From IMG/VR virus record IMGVR_UViG_3300015264_000026: a stretch of 64,000 bases of DNA; one strand, 5' to 3'. The notes under the pieces were generated by a model that saw only the letters and a list, made by a program, of their open reading frames with translations, had not been told where the DNA came from and did no database searches. The DNA is from an uncultured virus (IMG/VR IMGVR_UViG_3300015264_000026). Lineage: Duplodnaviria > Heunggongvirae > Uroviricota > Caudoviricetes. This document shows positions 52,971-61,842 of the stretch, in pieces (the first letter of the stretch is position 1; each line of letters begins with the position of its first letter). The position numbers and the translations under genes are program-made.

Positions 52971-55339
52971 AGCTTCCTCCTCGCAACAAGGGCATTTCGC
53001 AGCGATTTCTGAAGTTGATCGCGTATGATTCGCTGGCTGGCATTCGCCGCCCGGACGCTCATACGAAGGCGAAGAAACGAGCCGCTGGCGGACGAACGTT
53101 TAACCGCGATGATGGTGGCCGTTTCGCGTCGGGTGGCCCCGTTGAATCCATGGCCGATGGCGGCTCCCCGACGTGGGATAATACAGTTGAGGACCTCCCG
53201 ACATGGGACAACACAAAGCCGGTTGAGCCTGACCGTGGCGGCCTAAGCGCCGCATGGCAAGGCGCAAAGGCTGGCGCTACGTTCAATTTCAATGATGAGT
53301 TGGCTGGTATCAGTGCCGCTAAGCCGAGCTGGGCTCCGGGAAACGTCATGGGCATTCCAACTGGAGTTATCGCCGGCGCTGGCCGCCTTGGCCTGAACGC
53401 CATTACCGGCAAAGACCCAGAAGCGGTGGCCTCTTATGAGAAAGCGCGAGACGAGGAGCGTGAAGCGGGCGAAGTAGCCAAGCAACAACATCCGTATTTG
53501 CACATGGCTGGGGAATTGGCTGGATCAATTCCAGCGATGGCCGTATTGCCAGAGGCTGGTTTTGCAGCGCGGGCGGCACAGACCGCGAGCAAGGCCGCTA
53601 AATTCGGCAGAACGGTAGCTGATTCGGCCGTCATCGGTGGCGAATATGGTGGATTGTCCGGCCTCGGTGAGGGCGCTGACATTGGTGATCGCGCGTTAAA
53701 ATCAGCGCAGGGCATTGTGAGTGGGGTCGTCGGCGGTGCCGTTGCGCCCGTTGTAGGGGAAGGCGCTGGGCTGGTTTACAATCGATTTGTCAAGCCCGGC
53801 GTTAATGCGGTGCGTGGTTGGGCAGATCCAGAAGGAGAGGCGGCACGGCGATTGTCTGCGGCGATCCAGGCAGATCAACATTTAATCGCATCCGGCCAAG
53901 CCAAGGGCATGTCTCCGCAAGAATGGGCAGCAGCACGTCAAGCAGGCGAACCCGTAACCTTGGCCGATCTTGGTTCAACCAATACACAGGCATTGTTGAG
54001 GTCGGCTGCCAACACATCCCCAGAAGCCCGCGCCATCCTTGAAAAAACAATTGAGGATCGATTTGCGGGGCAAACCGAACGTGTAGGGGATGAAGTACGC
54101 AATCTTGTGGCCGGTGGGGCCAATGCACATAAAACCGGAGATGAACTCGTCGCCGAGTACGATCGCGCACGGGTACCGGCCTATAAACAAGCATACCGTG
54201 AGGGTGATAGAGAAATTGTATCACCTGCGATCGAACGGTTGATGGGAAGCCCGATGTTTGAGGGTGCCATGAAAGCTGCCGTCACTAGTGGTAAGGACCG
54301 GGCGATTACAGAGGGATATGGTGCTTTCAATCCCGGTGTGACCGTTGAAAACGGCATGTTGAAGTTCACCAAAACGAAGCCAAATGGCGTACCGACCTAT
54401 CCCAATCTGCAATATTGGGATTCAGTCAAGAAGGAGTTGGATGGCATCGCCACCATGGCAAAGCGTTCCGGTGATCCGAGGGGCGATGTAGCCGCGAATA
54501 TGTCCAAGGTTCTCCGCACCGAACTGGACAAGGCCGTGCCGTCATATGGCGATGCCAGAGGCATTGCATCTCAATATTTCGGTGAAAGCAACGCGCTTGA
54601 AGCGGGGCAAAAACTAGCAGGGAAAAAGGTCGATCCCAAGTCCATCCGCGATGTCATGACCAAAATGAAGCCCGATGAAAAAGACTTGTTCCGGGAGGGA
54701 TACGCTTCGGATTGGGCGGGCCGCGTGATTGGAAATATTTCCGATAGTCGGGATATCACCAAGGCGATGTTCAATTCTCCGAATGAACGCGCGCGGGCCT
54801 TGGCTGTATTTGGCCCAGCCGGCGTTCAAAAGATGGAGGCCCGGATGACGCTGGAAACCATCATGGATGGGGCCAGAAAGGCCATGGGTAATTCCACCAC
54901 GGCAAGGCAACTTATTGAGGCTGGTTTAGCAGGAGGGACGCTAGAGGGCTATCTGTCGGGTTGGGACCCCACGCATATGGCCGCCGGATTTGCCGGCGCT
55001 GCCGGTGCTCGTAAGGCAATCGGTACTGAGATGGCGTCTGGCGCTCGTAAGCTGATTGGAAAGGTCGATTCACGGACGGCCCGACTCGTCGCCGAACTCC
55101 TCACATCCGACGACCCGAACAGACTAGCGCAGGGACTTCGGATAGCGCAAAAGAACCAGAAGATCGCTGATGGGCTTCGCTCTATCGCTAACAGGATGGC
55201 TCTGGCTGGGCAGAATAAGGCTGTGCCTCGTATTCCGTACACTGGGCCAAATCTCGGGCCGCTGCAGCCCCTTCAAGGCCCAATGCCCGCAGGCGCCAAC
55301 GATGAACAAAATCAGCCCAAAGGGGTAGTCAACCAATAG
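52967..55339 (+). CDS. Internal virion/DNA ejection protein
   Basis: 790 aa; GATFNFNDELAG, Ala/Gly-rich helical, GNSTTARQL; N-terminal GG motifs. Confidence 0.8.
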   Translation: MKLPPRNKGISQRFLKLIAYDSLAGIRRPDAHTKAKKRAAGGRTFNRDDGGRFASGGPVESMADGGSPTWDNTVEDLPTWDNTKPVEPDRGGLSAAWQGAKAGATFNFNDELAGISAAKPSWAPGNVMGIPTGVIAGAGRLGLNAITGKDPEAVASYEKARDEEREAGEVAKQQHPYLHMAGELAGSIPAMAVLPEAGFAARAAQTASKAAKFGRTVADSAVIGGEYGGLSGLGEGADIGDRALKSAQGIVSGVVGGAVAPVVGEGAGLVYNRFVKPGVNAVRGWADPEGEAARRLSAAIQADQHLIASGQAKGMSPQEWAAARQAGEPVTLADLGSTNTQALLRSAANTSPEARAILEKTIEDRFAGQTERVGDEVRNLVAGGANAHKTGDELVAEYDRARVPAYKQAYREGDREIVSPAIERLMGSPMFEGAMKAAVTSGKDRAITEGYGAFNPGVTVENGMLKFTKTKPNGVPTYPNLQYWDSVKKELDGIATMAKRSGDPRGDVAANMSKVLRTELDKAVPSYGDARGIASQYFGESNALEAGQKLAGKKVDPKSIRDVMTKMKPDEKDLFREGYASDWAGRVIGNISDSRDITKAMFNSPNERARALAVFGPAGVQKMEARMTLETIMDGARKAMGNSTTARQLIEAGLAGGTLEGYLSGWDPTHMAAGFAGAAGARKAIGTEMASGARKLIGKVDSRTARLVAELLTSDDPNRLAQGLRIAQKNQKIADGLRSIANRMALAGQNKAVPRIPYTGPNLGPLQPLQGPMPAGANDEQNQPKGVVNQ

Positions 55340-55442
55340 CCAAACCGAGACGAGATAGACAATCATCATGATTTGGCGTTTAGACCCGATATGCATAGGT
55401 TGCAAATCATGCTATAGCACAACCGGATAGGGAGATTTTGGC

Positions 55443-56213
55443 ATGACATTCTCGTTGCTTTGGTTGCCGAAGGTATTGCGAGATGCTGGATTGCAGGTTT
55501 TCGAGGTGCCGGGCTGGCAAAACAGAGGCCATGGCGATGAAGGCGAGGTCTTGGGCATTCTGTGCCATCATACCTGCGGACCCTTGCATGGCGAAATGGC
55601 CGATTTGAGCGTTATCGTCGATGGGCGCCCCGATCTTGGCGGCCCGCTCGCCCAACTTGCCTTAGGCCGAACCGGAATATTCCATATCGTTGCCGCTGGT
55701 AAATGCTGGCATGCGGGACGCGGCATGTGGCAGGGCATTACGGATGGCAACGCTCATTTCATCGGTATTGAGGCTGAGAACACCGGAGAGACCACAGGAC
55801 CGCGAGCCGAGCCATGGTCCGATGCTATCATGGATGCCTACCGGCGGGGCTGTGCGGCCATCCTGAAGCACATTGGCGCAAAGCCAATCATGTGTGCGGG
55901 ACACAAAGAATTTGCCCTTCCAAAGGGCCGTAAGGACGACCCCAGCTTTGATATGATGAAATTTCGCGCCGACGTGGCCGCATTGATGAATTTGCCTCAC
56001 GGCCCAATGTCGGCACCGTCACCGTCGCTTACCCATTCCCGTATCGGCACCGTCAACACCAGCGGCCTCAACGTCCGATCAGCCGCCAGTGCCGCTTCGA
56101 AATCTCTCGGCACCCTCCCAAAAGGCAAAGTTATCACTATCCAAGGCCAGACTGGAGAGTGGTACCAGATTGACACCGGATTCGTGGCCGCTCGCTATGT
56201 TGATCTGACGTAA
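55443..56213 (+). CDS. Endolysin: amidase-2 with C-terminal SH3b domain
   Basis: ILCHHT, WHAGRG, IGIEAEN, GHKEF...KDDP; LNVRS...GEWYQI..GFVAARY. Confidence 0.92.
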   Translation: MTFSLLWLPKVLRDAGLQVFEVPGWQNRGHGDEGEVLGILCHHTCGPLHGEMADLSVIVDGRPDLGGPLAQLALGRTGIFHIVAAGKCWHAGRGMWQGITDGNAHFIGIEAENTGETTGPRAEPWSDAIMDAYRRGCAAILKHIGAKPIMCAGHKEFALPKGRKDDPSFDMMKFRADVAALMNLPHGPMSAPSPSLTHSRIGTVNTSGLNVRSAASAASKSLGTLPKGKVITIQGQTGEWYQIDTGFVAARYVDLT

Positions 56214-56600
56214 ATGCAGGTATCGGTCAGCCAGCGCGAAATTTGGTCATTCATGAAGCTCTACGCCGATCGGCTGTCTATTATGTTCCAACCGCAAAAT
56301 TGTTTACCAAATCCCATTGTCGCTGGCGATGTCCAAAGGTTGACTGATTTCGCCAAGCTGTTCGATTATGCCACTGCGTTGGCACAATTGCCATCCTACA
56401 GGAAATTGGAGGTTCGGGACGTGTCCATAGACCTGACGCGAGATGAAGTTTTCAAGCTGATGCGGAGCGCCGCCCAAGAGCTTGTCAATGGCCTTGAAAA
56501 TCCATATCGCATTGATACTGGATCGGCCATCAAGAGACTGAACGAACTTCAAGCCGTTATGCCGCCGTATGTGCCGCCATCGAACAGTGATGAAGGTTAA
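56214..56600 (+). CDS. Hypothetical protein
   Basis: 128 aa ORF abutting endolysin stop. Confidence 0.65.
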   Translation: MQVSVSQREIWSFMKLYADRLSIMFQPQNCLPNPIVAGDVQRLTDFAKLFDYATALAQLPSYRKLEVRDVSIDLTRDEVFKLMRSAAQELVNGLENPYRIDTGSAIKRLNELQAVMPPYVPPSNSDEG

Positions 56601-56820
56601 TCAAGTGGCTGATATTTGCACCTTCATCATTGTTACGACTATGAATGCCATTGGTTGCGCAGCAGCGCCTCATTGCAATAGCCTTCCCATTGATGGGAAA
56701 ATATTTTGTACTCCAATGTCACCAATGGCATGCCCAATTCCACCGCCAACTTATGAATGCAGGCGCGAAGACGGCTCAACCTATATTTGGCAGGACGTGA
56801 AAAAGGAAATACAGCGATGA
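56590..56820 (+). CDS. Cys-rich small protein
   Basis: Six Cys, Pro-rich. Confidence 0.55.
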   Translation: MKVNQVADICTFIIVTTMNAIGCAAAPHCNSLPIDGKIFCTPMSPMACPIPPPTYECRREDGSTYIWQDVKKEIQR

Positions 56821-56954
56821 CACGCATTCTAGTCTTCTTGTTATTGCTCGCCAGCCCCGCTGCTGCCCAGACCTCCGGATGCATCGCCCAAGCCAACAAC
56901 TGCCCTAGACCATTGCCGCATCCCGTTGAGCAGCCGCCGCAGGGGCAGCGTTGA
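56817..56954 (+). CDS. Small secreted peptide (45 aa)
   Basis: RBS AAGGA; MTRILVFLLLLASPAAA-QTSGCIAQANNC. Confidence 0.6.
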   Translation: MTRILVFLLLLASPAAAQTSGCIAQANNCPRPLPHPVEQPPQGQR

Positions 56955-57202
56955 TGAGTGAGCGCGCCGATTGGGAGAAGCACAAGAACTATCCGCCGAA
57001 TTGGTCTTGGGCCACATGGAGAGAGCGTGCTGTAATCGTGCTACTCAATATAATTGCATGGGGAGTTGTGTTTCCCGCGATGTTTATCGGGGCGATCTGG
57101 ATGTTTGGTATGATGATCGATGGAGTCGCCCAACGCAGCGAGGAACATGACCGCTGCATGAAGCATGCTACCAACGGCTATGAAATCGAGAGGTGCCGTT
57201 GA
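56954..57202 (+). CDS. Membrane protein
   Basis: Long hydrophobic segment. Confidence 0.6.
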   Translation: MSERADWEKHKNYPPNWSWATWRERAVIVLLNIIAWGVVFPAMFIGAIWMFGMMIDGVAQRSEEHDRCMKHATNGYEIERCR

Positions 57203-57348
57203 TGCAAATCTTGCTCTGGATCGTCTGCATCTATCTGGCGCTCGGCATCATGACGACGGTCTTGGTATCGCAAACGCCATGGAGCGACAACGGATGGCTC
57301 AAGATCACGCTGGTATGGCCAGTATATCTACGGGCGTACCTATCATGA
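57202..57348 (+). CDS. Small membrane protein (48 aa)
   Basis: MQILLWIVCIYLALGI...LVWPVYL; overlaps at both ends. Confidence 0.6.
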   Translation: MQILLWIVCIYLALGIMTTVLVSQTPWSDNGWLKITLVWPVYLRAYLS

Positions 57349-57491
57349 GCAGCATCGTTCGGGCAATTCTCTATCGAATATTTGACCAGCATCGCGATGA
57401 AGCGAACGTAGCAAGACAGCAGAACGAACGCGCGGTTGTCGCGCTGGAAAAGATCGCCGCACAATATACCGAGAAGGATCAATCGAAATGA
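57345..57491 (+). CDS. Hypothetical protein
   Basis: ATGA overlaps at both ends. Confidence 0.55.
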   Translation: MSSIVRAILYRIFDQHRDEANVARQQNERAVVALEKIAAQYTEKDQSK

Positions 57492-57832
57492 ACCTCAATG
57501 GGAAGCAGGTTATCTCTATCATCGGTGCCATCCTTGGCGTCCTGATGATTTCCACCACTCAACTCACCGACTTGTTCGGGGCTGGCGTAGCTAAAAACGT
57601 CGTTTCGATCGCGGCGTTGGTGAATACGGTTTTGTCTTCCGTCATGGCTGTAATTACCAGCCAAGGAGGAATTGTCCGCGATGTTTTGGCAATGCCTGGA
57701 ATTGAAAATATCGCTGTGAACGGAAGGGCCAATCAGACCTTGGCGGCCATTGCGATCGATCCATTGTCCGACAAGATCGCCCCAACCGCATCGGCGCAAG
57801 CCCAAGTCACCCGAACCGCACAGGCTGCATAA
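57488..57832 (+). CDS. Holin-like two-TM protein
   Basis: Two N-terminal hydrophobic segments; lysis cassette. Confidence 0.6.
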   Translation: MNLNGKQVISIIGAILGVLMISTTQLTDLFGAGVAKNVVSIAALVNTVLSSVMAVITSQGGIVRDVLAMPGIENIAVNGRANQTLAAIAIDPLSDKIAPTASAQAQVTRTAQAA

Positions 57833-58245
57833 TGCGAAAACTCATCATCGCCCTCACGCTATCGATAGCCCTAGCGGGCTGCGCAAATATCAACGGCAAG
57901 TCGGTATTCCTGCCAACCGCATCCGTTGCCAATCCGGTCACTTCGCTGAGCATGTACGATATCAAGGCCACCTACGCCATCGCTCAGGCCGGCGCAGAAG
58001 TTTACATCCAGCGCTATCGGGACGGCTTTCGATGCACCAAGACCAAGCTTGAAAGCGTGACCAATCTGTGTTCACGTCGCTCCGTTGTCCTGAGACTTCA
58101 GACCGCTGACCAGAGAGCGCAAATTGCCCTTGGCAAAGCCGATGCCTTTATAAGCGCCAATCCTACGATCGACGCATCGTCCGTCATCTCGGCTGCTCAA
58201 TTGGCTGTCAGCGCCTTTAGTGAAATCCAGAAAGGAAATCCGTGA
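57832..58245 (+). CDS. Lipoprotein (spanin-like candidate)
   Basis: MRKLIIALTLSIALAG-C lipobox. Confidence 0.75.
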   Translation: MRKLIIALTLSIALAGCANINGKSVFLPTASVANPVTSLSMYDIKATYAIAQAGAEVYIQRYRDGFRCTKTKLESVTNLCSRRSVVLRLQTADQRAQIALGKADAFISANPTIDASSVISAAQLAVSAFSEIQKGNP

Positions 58246-58484
58246 TGAACCCGATTGCAATTCTAGGGGCCATTGAGGGCGCGCTAGGGATGGCCGTTGA
58301 ACTCGCTCCGACCGTCATCAAGGCCGAGCAGGTGATTGCGCCGATCGCACAAGCTCTATGGGACCATCTCGTCAACAAGAAGGTGATAACCCAGACCGAT
58401 CTTGACGCGCTCAATGCTCAATTGGCGGCCACGTCGGCTCGCATCCAAGCCCCGCTTCCGCCGGAACAGACGGACGATGTTTGA
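58245..58484 (+). CDS. Hypothetical protein
   Basis: RBS AAGGA; amphipathic helices. Confidence 0.7.
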   Translation: MNPIAILGAIEGALGMAVELAPTVIKAEQVIAPIAQALWDHLVNKKVITQTDLDALNAQLAATSARIQAPLPPEQTDDV

Positions 58485-58584
58485 ATTTGTCATCGCTCAT
58501 TGGCTAGGCCTGAGTGTAGCCGCTGGCGCGCTGCTGACATGGTTCATGCTTTGGCTGGTATGGCCTAGTTCGGCGACGCGATGA
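58477..58584 (+). CDS. Small membrane peptide
   Basis: MFEFVIAHWLGLSVAAGALLTWFMLWLVWP. Confidence 0.5.
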   Translation: MFEFVIAHWLGLSVAAGALLTWFMLWLVWPSSATR

Positions 58585-59057
58585 TAACCCTGCGCTTCGT
58601 CTCCCATCCCGGCATCTTCAATTGGGCCTGCAGCATAGCGCAGTATGGCTTTTGGTGCACTCATGTTGAGGCGGTCATGCCAGATGGCACATTGCTTGGC
58701 GCGATGGGAGACGGTGTCAAAGCGCGGCCGGGCGATTACGACAACTTGGGCGGAACGGCTGGCTTTGTTCGTCAGCAATTTGTCAGTGTAAATATCCTGC
58801 CAGAACACGAGACTACGTTTTACGATTTTCTGCGCAGCCAGATAGGCAAGCCCTACGATACAAGCGCAATATGGTCGTTTTACAGCAAGCGTGACGGGCG
58901 CGATTGGCAGGCTCCGGATTCTTGGTTTTGCAGCGAATTGATGGCAGCTGCGCTATCCGAATATGGGATATTTCCACAGCACATGGCGGAAAGCTTCAGC
59001 CGTGTAACTCCGCGTGACTTGATGTTGCTCATAAGTACCAGAACCGAGGCGGGATGA
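58581..59057 (+). CDS. Permuted papain-like (YiiX/YaeF, NlpC/P60) protein
   Basis: THVEAV His before QIGKPYD...WFCSEL Cys. Confidence 0.85.
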   Translation: MITLRFVSHPGIFNWACSIAQYGFWCTHVEAVMPDGTLLGAMGDGVKARPGDYDNLGGTAGFVRQQFVSVNILPEHETTFYDFLRSQIGKPYDTSAIWSFYSKRDGRDWQAPDSWFCSELMAAALSEYGIFPQHMAESFSRVTPRDLMLLISTRTEAG

Positions 59058-59350
59058 TGCCAGAAGACCTGCTGGCTATCATTAATGTACAGTGCATGGC
59101 AGCGGGTTCCCTCGGCGGCATGGTTCACGCCTTCCGACTCAAGAAGCCAACCACATGGGAGGTCATCGGTTATATCGTGACGGGAGGAATCGCAGCGAAC
59201 TTTATCGCGCCTCAAATGTTGAAGATATTGACCATGTTCCCTGTGGTCTTTCTCGCCTTCGGCGTCGGGCTTGGGGGCAAGCATATCTGCTACGGTCTTG
59301 AGAAATTCTTCAACAGGCTTGGTGTTCTCTGGAAAACCAAAAATGAATGA
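59054..59350 (+). CDS. Holin-like membrane protein
   Basis: AGSLGGMV, IVTGGIAANFIAP, AFGVGLGG: three short TM segments. Confidence 0.65.
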   Translation: MMPEDLLAIINVQCMAAGSLGGMVHAFRLKKPTTWEVIGYIVTGGIAANFIAPQMLKILTMFPVVFLAFGVGLGGKHICYGLEKFFNRLGVLWKTKNE

Positions 59351-59735
59351 ACTCGTCATCGCACTCTATGATCTCGTGGCTTTTGCCGGAATGCTGTTTC
59401 TGATGATCGTCATCACACAGGCCATGAACGATTCGCTGCTCAGGCGGAATGATTCGTCATGGGTGCAAACTCATCGGAAAAGAGCCTTCTATGGTGCTGC
59501 CGCTTACCTGCTGCTGACCATCTGCATTCAGGATTATTGGCTAGTTCATCCGACCGTGGTCTCTGTCGGGTTGGTGGTCACTGGCCTACTGCTCGGCAGC
59601 AATTGGATATTGGCAGTCAACAGCATATCGCTCGGATCCAGAGTGCCACCCGATCACGGCAGTCGAATGCGCAACCCATCGTTCGGCGCATCGTCGTTTG
59701 TGGCCAAGCTGACCAACTTATTCCGCATGCATTGA
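59343..59735 (+). CDS. Three-TM membrane protein
   Basis: Three hydrophobic segments. Confidence 0.7.
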   Translation: MNELVIALYDLVAFAGMLFLMIVITQAMNDSLLRRNDSSWVQTHRKRAFYGAAAYLLLTICIQDYWLVHPTVVSVGLVVTGLLLGSNWILAVNSISLGSRVPPDHGSRMRNPSFGASSFVAKLTNLFRMH

Positions 59736-60083
59736 ATGGAGGGACCTGTTCAATGGGCGCTACTGAGCTTCTTGGGCGGGATAGCCGTTACCTGCGCCAT
59801 AGGTGGCTTCATCACACGCGGCTTCTTCGCTGGATATGATACGAAGATCGCAGAACTAAAGTCACATTACGATATTATCGCGGCGTCCCTATCGAATGCG
59901 ATACAAGATCGTAATTTTCTACAAAAATACGATTCTGTTGACCAGAACCTCCGCAACGATCTGGACCACCTGAAAAATAACTTCAAGCAGCATCAGATGG
60001 CGGCATCCGAAGACCACGACAACATGATTCGGATGCAAAGCGAAGTCGATCGATTAGGAAAGATCGTCAATGGGAAGCATTGA
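59736..60083 (+). CDS. Membrane-anchored coiled-coil protein
   Basis: N-terminal TM then heptads; last rightward gene. Confidence 0.7.
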   Translation: MEGPVQWALLSFLGGIAVTCAIGGFITRGFFAGYDTKIAELKSHYDIIAASLSNAIQDRNFLQKYDSVDQNLRNDLDHLKNNFKQHQMAASEDHDNMIRMQSEVDRLGKIVNGKH

Positions 60084-60272
60084 TGCTGGTTTCTTGCCCT
60101 GAGATTGTTCATTAAGCTTGGCTGTTAGTTGTTGTGTTATGTAGGTGTATCGTCGCTCACGGGCGCACGCCTTCTCGTACATCGACTTGAATAGCATCAT
60201 TGCAATGAATGTCATAATCCATAGAAAAGATATCATTAAAAATGAAAATATGTAAATAGCATCCCGTGACAT
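60054..60272 (-). CDS. Membrane-anchored hypothetical protein
   Basis: RBS GGAGG; N-terminal TM; AT-rich. Confidence 0.6.
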   Translation of the reverse strand: MSRDAIYIFSFLMISFLWIMTFIAMMLFKSMYEKACARERRYTYITQQLTAKLNEQSQGKKPASMLPIDDLS

Positions 60273-60291
60273 TTCATTCCTCCATGTATTG

Positions 60292-60321
60292 AAACCCCGC
60301 GCTCTTGGTAGAGCGCGGGTG
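60292..60321 (-). terminator. Strong hairpin, probable terminator of leftward arm
   Basis: CCCGCGCTCT-tggt-AGAGCGCGGG with a short T run on the minus strand. Confidence 0.6.
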
Positions 60322-60325
60322 GTTG

Positions 60326-60589
60326 TCAGGCGGCTTTGTAGCCGATCTTCTTGTTGAACTCCCGGATGTACTGCTGCGGGTCTCCCTGACCATCCCGGTC
60401 GATGAACCTTTCATAAGCCACCTCCTGCTCGTCCTGGAAGCGGACCACATAATATTCATCTACGTCCTCGACCTTATCGGCGATGGCGGCGCGGCCTTCA
60501 AAGAGCAGCCCCTTGCTTGGGTGCATCTGGAAGACGTTCACATACTCGCCAAGGTCAAAGCTGTGCACGGTGCTCATTTTCATCTCCAC
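60326..60589 (-). CDS. Hypothetical protein
   Basis: 87 aa; GCTATACT -10-like box upstream; true start may be a later ATG. Confidence 0.7.
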   Translation of the reverse strand: MEMKMSTVHSFDLGEYVNVFQMHPSKGLLFEGRAAIADKVEDVDEYYVVRFQDEQEVAYERFIDRDGQGDPQQYIREFNKKIGYKAA

Positions 60590-60818
60590 ATTTTCAAACA
60601 GCCCACGCTTCCTGAGCGCGTGAGATCAGTATAGCAAATCGAGTTTCGCCAAATTCAGGATATCGCTGATTTCAGCGTGTGATGTGCTTGCGGTTAAAGG
60701 CTAACTTGCATTTCAAGAAATCACTTGACGCGGGAAACACGCTGTCCGCTCGCACAAAACCAAAGCATCACATTTGAGAAGTCACTGCGGCTGTAGTGAA
60801 ACATTTCGTGATAGTGGA

Positions 60819-61025
60819 CTATTTTGCAAGCGCCGCCTCCAGGCAATCCCGCGCCTTCTTCCTCGCCCGTGTGACACTGCGCTGCGCAATCTTGTACCGA
60901 TGTAACCGATGGAGGTAATCAACCTTATCGATTGACTTCATCGGCTCGCCATTATCGACGATGGCGAACGCCAGCGGTTCCATGGCGCGGGCTCCGGCTT
61001 CGATCTGGGTAGGGGTTACACTCAA
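60819..61025 (-). CDS. Hypothetical protein
   Basis: VTPTQIEAGARAM...ARDCLEAAL. Confidence 0.7.
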   Translation of the reverse strand: MSVTPTQIEAGARAMEPLAFAIVDNGEPMKSIDKVDYLHRLHRYKIAQRSVTRARKKARDCLEAALAK

Positions 61026-61387
61026 GGATGATGCGCTATTTTTTTACTCAACGCGGCGTTGAGTATCTGCAATATTTCCGTTGTTTCTTTTGCCGCTGCT
61101 GATATTTGATAGTCCATATCTGTACCGCGTGAATTGTGGTGTCGCATGAGAGAATTGCGCAACAATTCGACGCTACGCCGACGAATGCGAATCACATCGT
61201 CAGGCCGCACCTCGTCCATCTCTGGTTCGGTTTCTGGCTTGGTTGTTTTTTGTTCAGATCCAAACATGCGAGATAGCCCAACTCCAATGAACAAAAGCAA
61301 AAAGAATCCACCAAGATCCAATCGATTATTCCAGTTGCCCAGTATCATTAATGCAAAAATCGTCAGCCATATTATATTTTTTGGCAT
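61022..61387 (-). CDS. Membrane protein
   Basis: Two N-terminal TM segments. Confidence 0.6.
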   Translation of the reverse strand: MPKNIIWLTIFALMILGNWNNRLDLGGFFLLLFIGVGLSRMFGSEQKTTKPETEPEMDEVRPDDVIRIRRRSVELLRNSLMRHHNSRGTDMDYQISAAAKETTEILQILNAALSKKIAHHP

Positions 61388-61432
61388 GATGGAGGCCTGG
61401 TCAGGAGTGCGGCCAATGTGGAGATCGATAAA

Positions 61433-61558
61433 TCATGCGCGCCATGCGCGGTTGGCCGCGTACATCAGATCATTCTCACCGCATGCCTTGGCGCATTTGG
61501 AAAGATCGCTCACTATGCGCATTACCTTTTCGAGCTCGCTATCGATTGCCGTCACCAT
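61433..61558 (-). CDS. Small hypothetical protein (41 aa)
   Basis: RBS AAGGAG; MVTAIDSELEKVMRIV. Confidence 0.5.
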   Translation of the reverse strand: MVTAIDSELEKVMRIVSDLSKCAKACGENDLMYAANRAWRA

Positions 61559-61579
61559 CTTCTCTCCTTTGTGCCGCCC

Positions 61580-61807
61580 TTAGCGGTTGTGTGGTTGGGC
61601 TGCCGTCCGGTTTCTTTTGCCGACAAAATCAAGAAGTTCTTTGACCTGCGCTGGCGACAAGAGAACCCTATCCTTGACGGTTTCCCCTTCCAATTGGGTG
61701 ATTCCGAGGTAGCCACCTGTCATGTCAAAGCGAGCCAGCCAATCGTAATTCCGCTTGTCGCCCTTGATCTTTTCGCTGTATCGAGTTCTGGTATTATCAA
61801 TTGCCAT
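61580..61807 (-). CDS. Hypothetical protein
   Basis: RBS GGAGGA; DRVLLSPAQVKEL. Confidence 0.75.
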   Translation of the reverse strand: MAIDNTRTRYSEKIKGDKRNYDWLARFDMTGGYLGITQLEGETVKDRVLLSPAQVKELLDFVGKRNRTAAQPHNR

Positions 61808-61842
61808 CTCATCCTCCTGCCGCTCAGCGGCTGTTCAATTGG

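Noticed and set aside
53161..53220. Tandem PTWDNT peptide repeat in the ejection protein
   Set aside because: Two short copies in a disordered N-terminus, common in such proteins; no sign of a separate element.
61388..61558. Possible TGA read-through joining the 41-aa ORF to the in-frame 61022-61387 gene
   Set aside because: A single instance; TGA is used as a normal stop throughout, so no evidence of recoding.
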